Origin: Phoronis australis
Lineage: Eukaryota > Animalia > Phoronida
Length of the DNA: 64,000 nt
Direction of reading: 5' to 3'
Assembly (NCBI GenBank): GCA_002633005.1
Contig: NMRA01000074.1
Coordinates: forward strand, 62,001-126,000
A program made the translations under genes and the position numbers. The notes under the pieces are model-generated. The model made no database searches. It had not been told where the DNA came from and saw nothing but the letters and a program-made list of their open reading frames with translations. Of this stretch, positions 12,611 through 25,530 are shown piece after piece; position 1 is the first letter of the stretch, and each line of letters opens with the position of its first letter.

Positions 12611-13333
12611 TGACAAATATGCTAAGATTTATTCACATAAGATTTTAGTATTTTAATAAATCCATTCAAGACGCTTTGCAGGTTAGAAGGAATTGTTTGT
12701 TTATAAACTATTCTGAAGTGGTCATATTTGAGCGTGGGCAGTATATTATGTAATGGTTTAATTATTATTAGGTGACTGAGTAAGCCCATTGAGCCTGTTG
12801 GTGTAGTGTCTGTGAATACTCTGTCTTTGAGATTGTATTTACTGGCACCCTTATGCCACTATAATAAATTAATAATAATAATTATAATGTAGTTCATACA
12901 AAATTTACATTTTTATTCCTATTATCAGTTATGCTGGTATGGGTCTCGGTGTAGTGGATTACATATGATATTTTTATATGTATGTCTTTGTGATAACGAC
13001 TCTGAGTAATGCTGTTACCATGGGTAACAAAGCTTGAGATTTTTAAGTACTGAACTTGAGGTATAACTAAAAAAATTGCATTGGCCACTCGTACGTGCGT
13101 CTGGTTTTTAAAAGTTGACAAATGAAGAATTTAGCAAGGACAGGACAGAAATCACGGATTAGTTTGGTGTTACATTGGCATCATCAGATACAGAAAATCC
13201 TGCAACCGATCGACGCGGAGTATTATTTCAATCTTCGATCACCAGTTTTGCATACGACCCTTGTGTTGCCAACTGATCCCATCCCCTCAACACCAACAGC
13301 TTCGTCGCTCCGGCAAAGATCATCAAATTTCAT

Positions 13334-13499
13334 AGTCAAATCAAGTTCTATGCAGAGCATAACTTTGAAGTGGAATAATTGGGTGAGTATATACTCGGGA
13401 ACCCAATGGTCGTCAGCCTAAGCATAAAACCGGCTTATTGTCGTACTCACCCAATTATTCCACTTCAAAGTTAGGCTCTGCATAGAACTTGATTTGACT
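13334..13499. mobile_element. Short MITE / hairpin
   Basis: About 55-bp inverted arms (13334-13388, 13444-13499) with one mismatch. Confidence 0.8.
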
Positions 13500-13798
13500 C
13501 TCTCAAATCCATAGTATTAGTTGATTGAAAAGTTTTCTTTTATTTATGACGAGTTGTTTGAACTGTGCATTGCTTTTCGGCAGCCATGTTCTGACTCCTA
13601 TGGTCGTCATATGCTGCCGCCTTTTGAAAGAACACAAAACCACACAGAAAAGGGTCAAGAAAATAGTGGAAAGTGGTTTACAGCATTTCTACTTCAACCA
13701 CAAACTGTTTTACTAGTATGATATCGATTTTTAAATCGATTAAAATTGATTTAGAATTTCAGTTCTGGAAAATAAATCGCAATTGTTTTATTCCTTAC

Positions 13799-14035
13799 TT
13801 ATTTTCTATTTGTGTCCTCTTTATTTGACTTTTTGCTCTTGTTGTTCTTAACAGCACTTATCTCTGCTGTCTTTCTTTTTCTTTTCAGTTTTTCTTCATT
13901 CTCTGTTAACACCTTGTCAGCCAAAACAGAACTGTGACTTTGTCGGTGCAAGTTGATCATTGAACCTCGATACAATTGTTCTAATAAATTACCCAATATC
14001 TTATTGTTTGATTTTTTCTCACCTTTAGCAGGCTT
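13799..14035 (-). other. Orphan lysine-rich terminal-exon-like segment
   Basis: tgcag acceptor then open KPAKGEKK...KLKRKRK...NRK*; no family recognised. Confidence 0.25.
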
Positions 14036-14715
14036 CTGCAGTCATAAGTAAAGAAATAAATACCCAAGTTGTATTTGCATTTTATTGCTCAATCTCTTCT
14101 TTTATTTTTGATTATGTCATGCTGTGTTGTATGTAACAATGCAATATAGTGAAATAAATTCAATGTTTTACTTTATTGGTGGCCATTCTCTATCAATTCA
14201 AGTATTTTAATTTTCTTCAAATAAATTCAAAATGCTTTAACCAAAATTTTCAACATAAATATTGAGCTCAGTACTTCAAGTTTGTTTTACAATAAAAAAC
14301 AAGTGGACAATATTTTGATGACCATTGCGTGGGCCGAAACTGTTAAAAGCACCCAGCATGTTCCATTTGTCTGCTGCGTTTTTCCTTTGGCCTAATGGGT
14401 GTCGGTTAGTGCCTGGGACAAATAGATACATTGCATAAACAATCTCTGAGTTGTTTTTTGTTCCGTCTGCCGAAAATTCAATTTCGAAAATATCTTCTGA
14501 AAATGAACAAAAAATAGTGCATTAGTAAAATCTACAAGTTTTTAAGAGGTCTCAAAAACCAGTCGGTAAATGCATTAATTTTAGTCTCAGTTCTTCCATG
14601 CGCGTTTCTCCCGAGAGGTTAGTACCTAACGTGTAGACGAGCACTCCAAATTGGAATGCTAAGTCCCGCGTGGCTGCGCTGCACTCGAAAGAAGATGGCG
14701 AATGACCTTTGGAGC

Positions 14716-14766
14716 TAGTCTCCTGCACAGACCCTCGTCAGCTTGTGAGGCCCGGGAACCAGGTTA
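14716..14766. mobile_element. 51-bp mini-transposon with 9-bp TSD
   Basis: Perfect direct repeats CTTTGGAGC at 14707-14715 and 14767-14775; imperfect inverted ends TAGTCTCCTGC... / ...GGAACCAGGTTA. Confidence 0.75.
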
Positions 14767-16412
14767 CTTTGGAGCCTGACGACGATAGGTATCCGGACTA
14801 TATATAGTAGAGCAGAATCTGCGTGTTCAGATTTTTTTTCATTCAGAAACAATTCCTATTGTAGCTTATGTCATGAAAATCTTTCGAACTTCAGATGAGC
14901 ATCCATGTATTACTTTGCAATTTATGTCATTTACACATTTACAAGGTTTTCGTATGAGTATACCGGAAATACATTGCAAAATAGGTCAGTTGTGTTTATT
15001 TACACCCCAGTCGACGAAGGTCACAGTTCAGCTTACACAAGAAACAAGACAAAAATAATCACAGTGCAAATGCATAACAGGCACCATAGTATTAGCTAGT
15101 CTATGGTTTACTTCGTTGAAATCCAATATTTATTTTGTAATATGTGGAAAGCCAAGTGTACGAAAGAATATAGCCAGCCAGTTTTGGGACTAGGTGAGTA
15201 CGTGAATGTGATAGTATGACTTGTCTAGTCTATAGACTATAGGACTAAGACTAGGTGTGATCGAAACTAGACTAACCATTCTGACGTCAAAATACAGCTA
15301 TGATGAACCGCTACATGTGCGTAAACCTCTCATAGACCTTTTTCGCCAGATCAGTACTCTAATCTCCGATAAGATCCGTAAATCTAGCCTGACTGTGCTA
15401 TGCTGTTAAAAATAAAGTTAAGTTATAAAATGTTATAAACCAATAACATTTGTGAATGTGTATTTCGCTGTTTATTTCGCTTGGCATATGCATGTCCATT
15501 CCTTGTGTTGTCTCGAAATATGGCTAGTGTATCAAGTTTTCAAACAATAAGTTTAGTTGTGTTTTCAACGAAGTGTTAACGAAGGGCTGCTACCAACTAT
15601 ACTGATTTCTCCCAACTGATTGCAATTTCTGGTTTCAGATGTTTTCTGAGCACCATGACGTGATACGGCCATGTGGGAATTCCTTGTGATTGGTGGCATA
15701 TTTCTTTTTCTGGCACTGTTGCTGGCATGCTATCTGGTGCGCTTGAAGTATTTGGGCCAAAAGGAGCAGGGGTATAAAAAGGTAACCTAATTTGTTGGGA
15801 TGAAGTTTCGATAGTGTGAACCTGAGTGATTAAAAATAGAAGAATGTTAAAGTGGCGCACCCATGCTGCTGGATGAGTATCCGAATTTCACTGATTGGCT
15901 GGTCGGGATACAGTCATGTCGTTATCAGTTAAACAGCGATAAGAAAGGGGTGAAAATTGGCACACCAATGTTTACATACTAATTAAGCTCTCTCTATGCA
16001 TGTCTCCATTCATGTGATCCTCACGTAATCCAGCAATTATATTGTTGTAAACAGCGCATCTGACGCTAACCGACATTAAAAAATATTTCCAAATGGCGTT
16101 GAACAAATGTCGTGATCTGATGTGTTTTGTATGAAATACTATCACCAAAATAAATATGATTTCTGGTCTCGACGAGAACTTACTGACCGTTATTGCTTGA
16201 GACGAGGCTCTACAATTTGACTTGTCTCGATGTGTCGTGTTATTTGCTAAGCATTAGTTTCAAGGCATAACAAACTGTCAGTTCTCTGCATGACCAAAAA
16301 TCACTTCTCATTTGAGTAAGGAAGAAGCTGAGACTGAGTTTATGGCTAGTATTAGTGGTCTAAAACAAAATTTAGTTTCTTTAGAAGAACACAATGTATA
16401 TTGCCTCTTCAA

Positions 16413-17827
16413 ATGGTAAAATACAAAATGAGGTCAATTGAAAAACTTCAGCACTGGGTGGTGAGTGTACATGTAGTTAATTATTTTAATGATTACTTTC
16501 TTAATTTTTATTCAAGGTGCAGTACAAAAAGAAGAAAACATGCTCAAATGAGGTAAGTTATGCCAACAATTGTTGCAAACTTATTACTCTTAAAATCCAC
16601 TTTACATTACGGCAGTGATACATTTTGAGTTGGTGAATTTAATGACAAAGAGTTTTCCTAAATTGTAGGAGAAATTAATATTTGATATTATATCATGTAA
16701 AAAGCACAGATTTCTGGCCATATTTTAATTTTCTTTGTTTTGGGTTTTCTGTGTTTTCACTCCTGTGTGGCACGTAATTTAATGTTACAGAAGTGGAGTG
16801 GTCATTACAGCGTTTTCCCGTTGCTTTTTTGATTCTATAGCCCAACAACAAGTTGGGAAATTTACCCTGTAGCCAATATCTTACATGACTGATTAACTCC
16901 ATTCTGGCATTCATGGTTGGAGGACCAGCTCTCTTTTGTTCGATAATTGCTCAAATCTTCAAGAAGATCATATCTAGCCTGATTGGGCTGTGCTGTTAAA
17001 AACAAAAGTTAAGTTATAGCATGTTTGATTGCATAAACCAATAGCATTTCTGAAATCCTCGTCAAATGGTGATCATGTTTAGTTTTTGAATCGCCAAAAG
17101 CTCCCAACTGTAACCGAAGTTACGATAATCTATTCTTTCCGAATGTACCAATTCACTCTGGGTTTGACGGTGTTCACATGTGTTCTGTAATAAGCCTGGT
17201 AGATAATTGGCCTGCCTGTTATCATAGCAGACAAAAGACTGTGCTTGACAGTTAACAAAGAAGCTAGATGTTATCACAAGCTCAGAACCCCCTTCGTCTG
17301 GTAAAGTCACTGAACGTTTATTTTTAATTCTAGTGGAAAGAATTTTGATAAGCTTCTTTCAATCCATCTTTTTTGCCAAAAAAATATTCTTTTTCAGGTC
17401 TGCCCTGTGTGCTTAGAAGAGTTCTGTGTTCATGATGAAGTACTGTTACTTTTTAAATGTCACCATGGATTTCATAAAGGGTATGTTTCCTGCCAGACTG
17501 TCTTAGTATTGTCATAGATTTAAAACTCCTAGATGCACGTGCCATTGTGAAAACATGGCCATGGGCTTTGCAGCGCCATCTGGTTTTAAAGTTGGTCAGT
17601 GAATCTTTGTAACTGAGAATTGGTAAACCAATGGCTTTCATTTAAATATGTTAACTGTTAATTGTTGCTATTTTCTTGCTCATTCTTGACCAAGAATGTT
17701 GTGAGCCACAATATTATGACAATGCTCTTTGTTTTGTAGATGCCTAGAAAAATGGCTGAAGCTAAAGAAATCTTGTCCAATGTGCAAGTCTTCAGTTGGA
17801 GAAGGAGAACACACATCATTGATTTAG
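16413..17827 (+). CDS. RING-H2 E3 ubiquitin ligase, RNF24/RNF122-like (exons 16385 or 16413-16460, 16517-16552, 17398-17480, 17740-17827)
   Basis: Canonical GT-AG introns with matching phases give MVKYKMRSIEKLQHWV-VQYKKKKTCSNE-VCPVCLEEFCVHDEVLLLFKCHHGFHKG-CLEKWLKLKKSCPMCKSSVGEGEHTSLI*. Complete C3H2C3 with conserved W. 5' end uncertain; AATAAA near 19003. Confidence 0.85.
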
Positions 17828-19349
17828 CAACTTGTGATTGGGAGGTCTCGTTATGAAATGCCATGTATTGGAGAATTGCTTCATATGATTGCCATTTATT
17901 GTAATGGTCACTCTGGTTTGAAAGGGGATTTAAGACACTTGTTGGTTTAAGTGGATTGTATACTTCCACTTCTTGTGCTGCCTATGAAATTCTACTGCAT
18001 GTAAGCATACAATATACAGTCATTTCATTGTACCGCACATAAGCAAACAGTATACAGTCTCACAGCCTTAAAACCTCTAGGCCTCTGATCTTGATGTGGC
18101 AGTCATATGTGCTTCTGAAGCAGAATTGTTTTCATGCAGTCATTGTTGCAGTCTTCTCACTGTAGAAAATACTCATCTTATTTGATTTGGTGAAATTTAC
18201 CCATTCTTTATGTCAGATCTTGGCATGTGGAGATGGAAGAAGACGTACCAGAATGTATGTGTTTGAGGTATGTATGTACCTCAAGTGAGCATGTTTGATT
18301 TCACTGAGATCTATTCGCTACAGGGAAGCCTGCGCACAAGGAATGACACTTCAACACATGTTTGAGGAAATGACAGAGCTGGATAGTGCTCAACTCCGCA
18401 AGAAGACTGGAATGTTCTCAATGAGTGCAATATTTATTTTGTGCCAGTCAGTGGACTCTGAGGCTGGACATACCCGTGTAGTGTTGAATAGAATTTTGCT
18501 GGATGTGGCCAATAGGAGCCCTTGGTAGTCATAGCCATGTCAAGAGTTACATGTGCAAAAATGGTGATAAGTGAATGGATAATTCCGACAAAGGAAGATC
18601 GGCCACATCCACCATAGTTACTGTTACGACTGTCCTATAAACCTGTCCTATAAGCGCATAGCCAATTTGGTGGAAATCCCTTTCAATGTACACTGGAACC
18701 GTTTCACTTAGATTTTATGGTGTTTAAGATTGTTTCATTTAAATGATCACCACCTCAAGCTACATTAGTCGAAATGAGACCTGGGAAGTAAGCACTGTTG
18801 CACAGAGTGTTTCCATGTACCAAGACTTTGAACTGAGTCTCGTCAATAGATTACGTCGGCCTATTGACACTACCTGCAATCATATGATCGGTGTCTGATC
18901 TAATCAAGCAGGTATCAAGGAAACAGAACAGTAAATGTTCTTTAACTTAGCACACAATGGCAACTGAACTTGTGAAATGTTTTTGATAAATTTCTCATCC
19001 TGAATAAATATTGAAAAAAAATGAATTATGAAAGTGCTCTGAATAACTATGACTCAACGAAACCCATAAATTTTACAGCCTTTAAAAAATGAAAAACTTG
19101 CAATTTTGGTAATTATTTTGTGCAAAATTGAGGAAAGATTGCAGTAAATGTTATCATCATAGTCTTGTGTTTGGTGGCAAAGCTTCGTGCTCTATAGCAC
19201 AGTGGTGATCTTGGTGTAAAAGTAACACCACACAATTTGACTATCATTATTGGTTTCCTTTGGGGTCTGTCATATGAAATGTGACTTTAGACTTACACTC
19301 TCACTTCATAATTAATTGGTGAAGCACCACTTCTTACGAACTTGGCCAT

Positions 19350-19607
19350 GATGCGCGTACACAAGGGGGCTCGGGGGACTTGAACAAGCCCATTTGGCGA
19401 AGTGGGCAAAAAGGTCCGCCTCAGAGAAACAAAAAGTCCGAGAAAACGAGACAAAAGTCCACTAAAAAAGACGCAGAGGCACAGTTCACAGTTCTGAAGG
19501 TGGAACCCTGTTTTTTTTTATTTAGTCCTCCCGATTTTTGTCAGCAAAAGATCCACATCGACAGAAATTCTTCGAGCCCCCCATTTTTAAGGCTGGGTAC
19601 GCGCATG
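19350..19607. mobile_element. MITE
   Basis: TIR ATGCGCGTAC / GTACGCGCAT; flanks TTGGCCAT / TTGGCAGG may be a decayed 8-bp TSD. Confidence 0.7.
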
Positions 19608-20089
19608 TTGGCAGGTGTGTTCCTGTTGAGGAGAGTTTTGCTGACTTGCTGTGCAATCGTTGAAGCTAGTCCATTTAGCGCGAATATTGGAAACACTAAT
19701 CATCGCTTGTACCTGCGATATATGTGATATAGGCGGTAGGAGGGTATCAACGCCCTGTTGTCCTTGTTCCTCAGGTTAAAGTTGATGGACAGGAGTTTCC
19801 TTGGCTAATAACACAGTTAATAATTGATACATCATTGATACAGTTTGTCAAGTTTCACTTCAGTAATCTTCAGTTTCCAATGTCGATTAGTTCGCACAAA
19901 AAAAAGCAAAATTGTCCTTAGGGGCAATCTTGCTTTTTTGCGCTTCTACTGCTGTATCTCCTTAGCACTTGTATAAAATGTCCCAAAGGTCTTACCGATT
20001 ACTTTATGTGTACTGTTGGCACCAGACAGAGTTTCTAGAGTCAGTAAATTGTTGTAAAAAGTGATCCATTTGTAACGGAGAGTGACTGG

Positions 20090-21320
20090 GAAATTACTAC
20101 TTTGCTTTATGCAGATGATATGTTGTGTGGTGAATCAGCTGCTAAGTTACAGAAGTTGTTATATCGTTTTCATGATTATTCCTTCGACTGGTGTAGGAGG
20201 GTCAACCTTTTAAAGAAGTCTAAAGTAATTGTTTTTATAAATGGTGACTCTTCAGTTGAGAACACACGAAAAATAGTACTTCCGAAGTCACCCAGTAGAG
20301 GTCGTTAGCTTTGGACTATTCGTCACTCCGAAACTCTCTTAGACAAAGGCGACCACTACACTTTTAAATTTCGTAACCAATGTCGAAACCTACCACACGG
20401 TCTGTGTTTTGAATTATTTGATAAAATGACTTTATCCAACAATTTTTTATGAGGCTGAAATCTGGGTTTTAAAGAGTATGACAGCATAGAACGTTTTCAC
20501 GTGAAATTCTGCAAGCGGTACTTGGTGTTAGTACTTCTTGTATCAATGCATCCGTATTACAAAACATTTTATCGTATGTATGAAATAGTGGATTAAGATA
20601 GTGAAACTGTCGTCAAGCAGGTATGTCCAAGCTGTGTATGACATGCTATTTATTCTTGACAGTAACGGTAGATTTTTTTATGATTGGGCTTCCTCAGTCA
20701 GATCGCTTTTGTATAAGTACGGTTTCTATGAAGTGTGGATAAATTAAGGTGTAACATGTGAAGTAAATTTTTTGCAACAATTTCCCCAGAGATGATTAAC
20801 TATTACCTGCAAGGTTTGGAAGTTGACATTCATGAAAATCACAAATTCTTCTATTTTAAATTTTTCAAACTTAATTGCTCTTCAGAGGAATACTTTCATT
20901 AGCAATTTAATCTATCTCGCCATTTTATACAAAAATGTGCACGGTTTCGTTGTGCGAACCACAAATTGGAAGTGGAAGCGGGAAGGCACAACAAAATAAA
21001 TTACTTTAATAGAATTTGCGTTTTCTGTAATATGAATTACGTTGAAGACGAACTGCACTTTTTGTTGGTCTGTAATGCTATGCAGACCTCCGTCAGCAAT
21101 ATATGAATGAACATTTTCATAAGCATAACCTTGTCCTATACTTCAACAAGATTTTGAAGACTCCTGATGCGAACGCTGTAAAGTTTGTATATCAAGCCAC
21201 AGTGCGTAGAGAAAATTTGTTAAATTGTTTAAGTCGATGTTTTGTATTTAACTATGCTTGTATATATGTTTGTCATTATATTTTGGGCCTCTGGCCTCGA
21301 ATGCAATAAAGTATGGTATG
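20090..21320 (+). mobile_element. Decayed 5'-truncated LINE, same group as 59467-63229
   Basis: LLYADD..., ELFDK..., EIW, RFRCANHKLEVEAGRHNKINYFNRICVFCNMNYVEDELHFLLVC with stops and frameshifts; 3' GGCC-nnn-GGCC hairpin followed by AATAAA. Confidence 0.9.
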
Positions 21321-21689
21321 ACATCCAAACGAATACGAACTTTATTTCGAATTGTCTCCAACAATAATCGTGAGAAAAACACAATGGATGTCTTCAGGAA
21401 AGTCTGTTTTTGTCTAAGTCTATTTGATCGATTAAAGTAAAGGTGTTTGTTGAAAATGTCGTGAACATTCGTAAAATCTCATTTTGCTTCAATTCTGAAC
21501 AATTCAGCAACAATCGCAAATTGTAATTATCAAAAACAAGGTTGCACCAACTTTTATGTTTAAACTTTTACTTTATTACGTGGGACCAGTTCCGGGACTT
21601 CGCTTATACTCAATCTGATCACTTTGGATTGAAAAATAATTACATGTATGGGACAGAACAGTGTATTTTTGTCATGAAAGAAATTACGA

Positions 21690-22000
21690 ATGCGTTCAAC
21701 CTTATGTCTTGAACAAAAACATTTTTCATGCTTTGTTGATGCCAACTGGTCATTTGACCGAGTAAATCATGTTAAATTGTTTAACAAAATCCCTGGTAGA
21801 GGTTTGCCTGGCTATGCTGGTGGAATCTATTTTTGGTATTATGCTTACGTTGGGGCCACGTGTTTTAGTAATAGTGGAATGATGTCTTGCTACCTTTTTA
21901 ATGTCGACACAGTTGGGCTTAGCTCACTTTTGGATTACTATAAAATTGTCTGTGTGGTATCTCATGATTACATCAATCATCTTATGTAGGCTGATGATAT
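21690..22000 (+). mobile_element. Decayed LINE RT fragment (L2/CR1-like)
   Basis: CFVDANWSFDRVNH...LFN...INHLM*ADD are degenerate RT motifs. Confidence 0.7.
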
Positions 22001-22009
22001 ATACATAAA

Positions 22010-25000
22010 TGTGGGTGAATTGTGCCGTCCGGAATCTGTCCGGCGTTCGCTACGGAATTTTCCAAAATCGCTAATTATGACGTATGAGATCATTGCCGCG
22101 AGCGAATGTTCCACCAAATATTCCGCTATAATCCTATGGTGTCAATATTAGTGTTTTAGGTTAGCCTCTAATAAGAGCTTTTGTCGGATTTCCATAAAAT
22201 TTGGCAAATGGGTTTCCACTAGAGACGAACGGGCACTTCTCAGACTCGGACACATTACACACAATGTGCGCTTCCTGATGGTGATTTTTTGTATGCCCAT
22301 ACCTGTATTTCATCGTCATTGATATCTTGAAAACCAGTGGTCGGAACTTTTTGGATTATACCACAATGGTGTAGGACATCTGAGGCCTGATCATAATGCT
22401 TTTCCGAAGTCCTGGCGACCATTTGGGCGTTTACCGACCCTGTTGTCTATTTGTCCGCTCGATACCTAACAAAGCCCTGGTCGTATCTTGATAAAGAATA
22501 CATTAGGCACAGGGATGTAAGGCATCTCTAAAACGATATTTGCCACTTTTCAACCTTATGGCACCCCAGAGCTTGGGGTTGGGACTTTTCAGTATTTTTG
22601 GAGGAAGAGCATTTTCGGATGATATCTATAAAACTGATGGCCATGTTTTAATGAAATTTAACACTGAGGCTTGTTGCAGTAATAAAATTGCTGCAGCACG
22701 TGCCGATATTTTGGCACGCAGCACCCCTGTAGTGACAACTTTGGTTTACACAGAGGTTTGCAGTATATTTGGAAAGACGTTTTTCCACTTGAATTAATGC
22801 CGATTGACGAATATACATGAAACTTGACACAGAGATTTTTATGCGCCCACAAATTTATATGTGGACGCATTATGCCGTCATCTGAGTCCGCCCGCCCGTC
22901 CGTCCGGGCGGTGTCGTCCGGCGTCTGGCGTCCGCTGTCGCTATCTCCAAAGCCGATTGTTGTATGTTCATGAAATTTTCCATATGTGTTCTTTTCATGG
23001 ATGGGATGGCATGAGCAAACTACTTTCGGTTGGTTCCGACTACCGGTGTACCCCCTAGTGGGAATTTTTGTTTTTTACGTTTACCTCTGTATCGTCAAAG
23101 GTCCTCCATGTATTTTTATGAAATTTAATATATAGGCATCTATAAGTGGGACGGTATCGGATGGATTCGACGTAGTTTGCGCCACCTAGTGGCCATTTTT
23201 TACTGTTTTCGGGTCTGTGTTTTGAAGTCCATCCCTCTATCAACCAAACCGCTCTAAGCCTGATTGTGAAAATTGGCATGTATGTTCTTACTATGAAGAC
23301 GACGGTTGACGATGATTTTCCGACGACTTCGACCCCTGTGGCGCCTCCTGGTGGCAGTTTTGTTTTTTGCGCCTGTATATCTCCTAACCGTTTGTAACAT
23401 CTTTACTAAATTTAGTAAGTGCATTTATATGATGTTGGCAATGGTCGACGACGACTTTCGGTCACATCTGACAATTGGTGTGCCAATTAGTGACAATTTT
23501 ATTTTTTTACGTTTATCTCTGTATCTTCAAAGGTCCTCAACGCATTTTCATAAAATTTGGCGTACAGGCTTCTGTTAGTGAGATGACGCTATCTTTCCGT
23601 TTTCAGATGGATTTGACCCAGTTTTCACCACTTAGTGGCCATTTTTATTGTTTTCGAGTCTGTTTTTGGCGTCCACCCCTCTATCAGCCAAACCGCTTTC
23701 AGGATAATTGTGCGGAAAATTGGCATGTATACTATGTTTTTACTATGAAATGGACGACTGACGCTTTTCCGATGACTTCGATTACAGTGGCACCTCCTAG
23801 TGGCAATTTCTTTTTTTTGGCTCCCATGGCGGTTTCTCCTAAACCGTTAGCAGGATCTTTACTAAATTTAAGAAGTGTGTTTATATGATGTTGACAATGG
23901 ACGACGATGATTTTGGGATGGACCTGATTACTGGTATGCCCCTGGTAGCAATTTTAGTTTTAAGTTTACCTCTGTATCTTCAAAAGGTCGAATATGTTCT
24001 CAGTGTGAAGAGGACGGTTGATGATGACGACTTTGACTACTCTGGTGCGTCCTAGTGGTAGTTTTGTTTTGTTTTGCGCCCATAGCTGTATCTCCTATAC
24101 CCACTGCCAGATCTTTATTAAATTATTAAGTGTATTTATATGAAGCTAACAACAGAAAACGACGACTTTCAGGCGGATCCAATCAACACTATGCCCCCTA
24201 GCTAGTGGCAATTATATTTTATTCCGATTTCCTTTGTTTCTCTGAAGGTCTGTGTCAGATTTCTATGAAATTTGGTGTATACATGTAGCTTTCTATTAAA
24301 GAAGCAATGACATGTTCCCGTTTTTGGACGGATTGTATAATTTCTCGCCTTCTATTTGCCATTTTTATGACACACTGAATAAGCGACCCTAAAAGCACAT
24401 CATTTGCGATGCATTCGTGGGCGCATTTCACCGCTCCACATTGCTCACGTTAATGCTTCGGAAATAGTCGATTTTGGACGGATTGGACAACTGTTTCATC
24501 CTGTAGTGTCCGTTCCATGCGACGGCAGCTGCCGCCGGTTGAGCGGATTCCGACAAGTGCTGTGCTTGGTATCACATTTTGTGTCAATCTTTATATCTTT
24601 CAAACCTCATGAGTGCTCTTATGAAAAGAAATAGACTAGGCTTAATGCTGCGTCCCTTTGTGAACGTTCCTTTGTTGCAAATGCTGAAAAAACTTCGTTT
24701 TTTTCAAACCGAGGTCACACTTTTTTACTAATTTTAAATATTTGAGCTACCCTTTGTTATCAACTTCTTTTCTTTTACGTTACCCCAAGAAAGATACTTT
24801 TCGCGTACTCGCTGCGGGTGCTGGTCAATGCATTGATTTCTTCTGATTATGATTGCATATGTTTTGGCTGCGTAACTACATTAACACAGCTGACGTGGAT
24901 TGGCGGGTCAAACAACTGTGGCACCTCCTAGTGGTGATTTTATGCCTTCATGTCTACAGTTTGCTGATACATTCCCACGAAATTTGGCAAGCATGTTTCC

Positions 25001-25530
25001 GTTTAAAAGACGACGAGCCGACGACATGTTCCCATTTTCTGATGAATTTAATGTATCCTGCGCTTTCTTGTGACCATTGTAATTATTATCTGTTGTTGGT
25101 GTCTCACTTTACCCGCGAAAGCGCTTAAAGAAACGCTATTAAATTTTACAGATGTGTTGCTATTGAGATGATCACCCTTCAGTAGATTTTTTGACAGGTG
25201 CAATTAATGTGGCGGGTCCCAATGACAAATCTGACTTGGCTGTGTCTCAATATCTACCGTAGCTTCAAATCTTCATGGAATTTGGGTTATGTGTTTTAAT
25301 TCAGGACTGCCGTTGATTTTGAGACGAATCCGTTCCTTTATGGACGTTCACAAAATTTGATAACACGTGTCTATCAAGGAGATGACAGCCCGTACCTCGT
25401 TTCAGACGCCGTTGACTTACTCCGCATCCCCTACGGTGGCCATTTGAATTATGAAGACCCCTATAAAGTATACCATTTGCAATGCAGTCGTTGGTCCGCT
25501 TCAACGATTTGTGTTGCCGCATTTGTTTGT
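22010..25530 (+). mobile_element. Older HINE/DINE-like (Helentron-associated) element, split by a younger copy
   Basis: Same ~150-bp unit type as the inner element. Its 3' block (ccatttgcaatgcagtcgttggtccgc, ~25470-25500) matches the inner element's 3' block (catttgcgatgcattcgtgggcgc, ~24400-24425). Confidence 0.6.
22836..24450 (+). mobile_element. HINE/DINE-like non-autonomous element with internal tandem array
   Basis: T-run, subTIR ATGCGCCCAC (22841), nearby IR GTGGACGCAT (22861), (GTCC)-like microsatellite, ~150-bp units in ~440-bp trimers, 3' subTIR GTGGGCGCAT (24417-24426). Confidence 0.75.
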
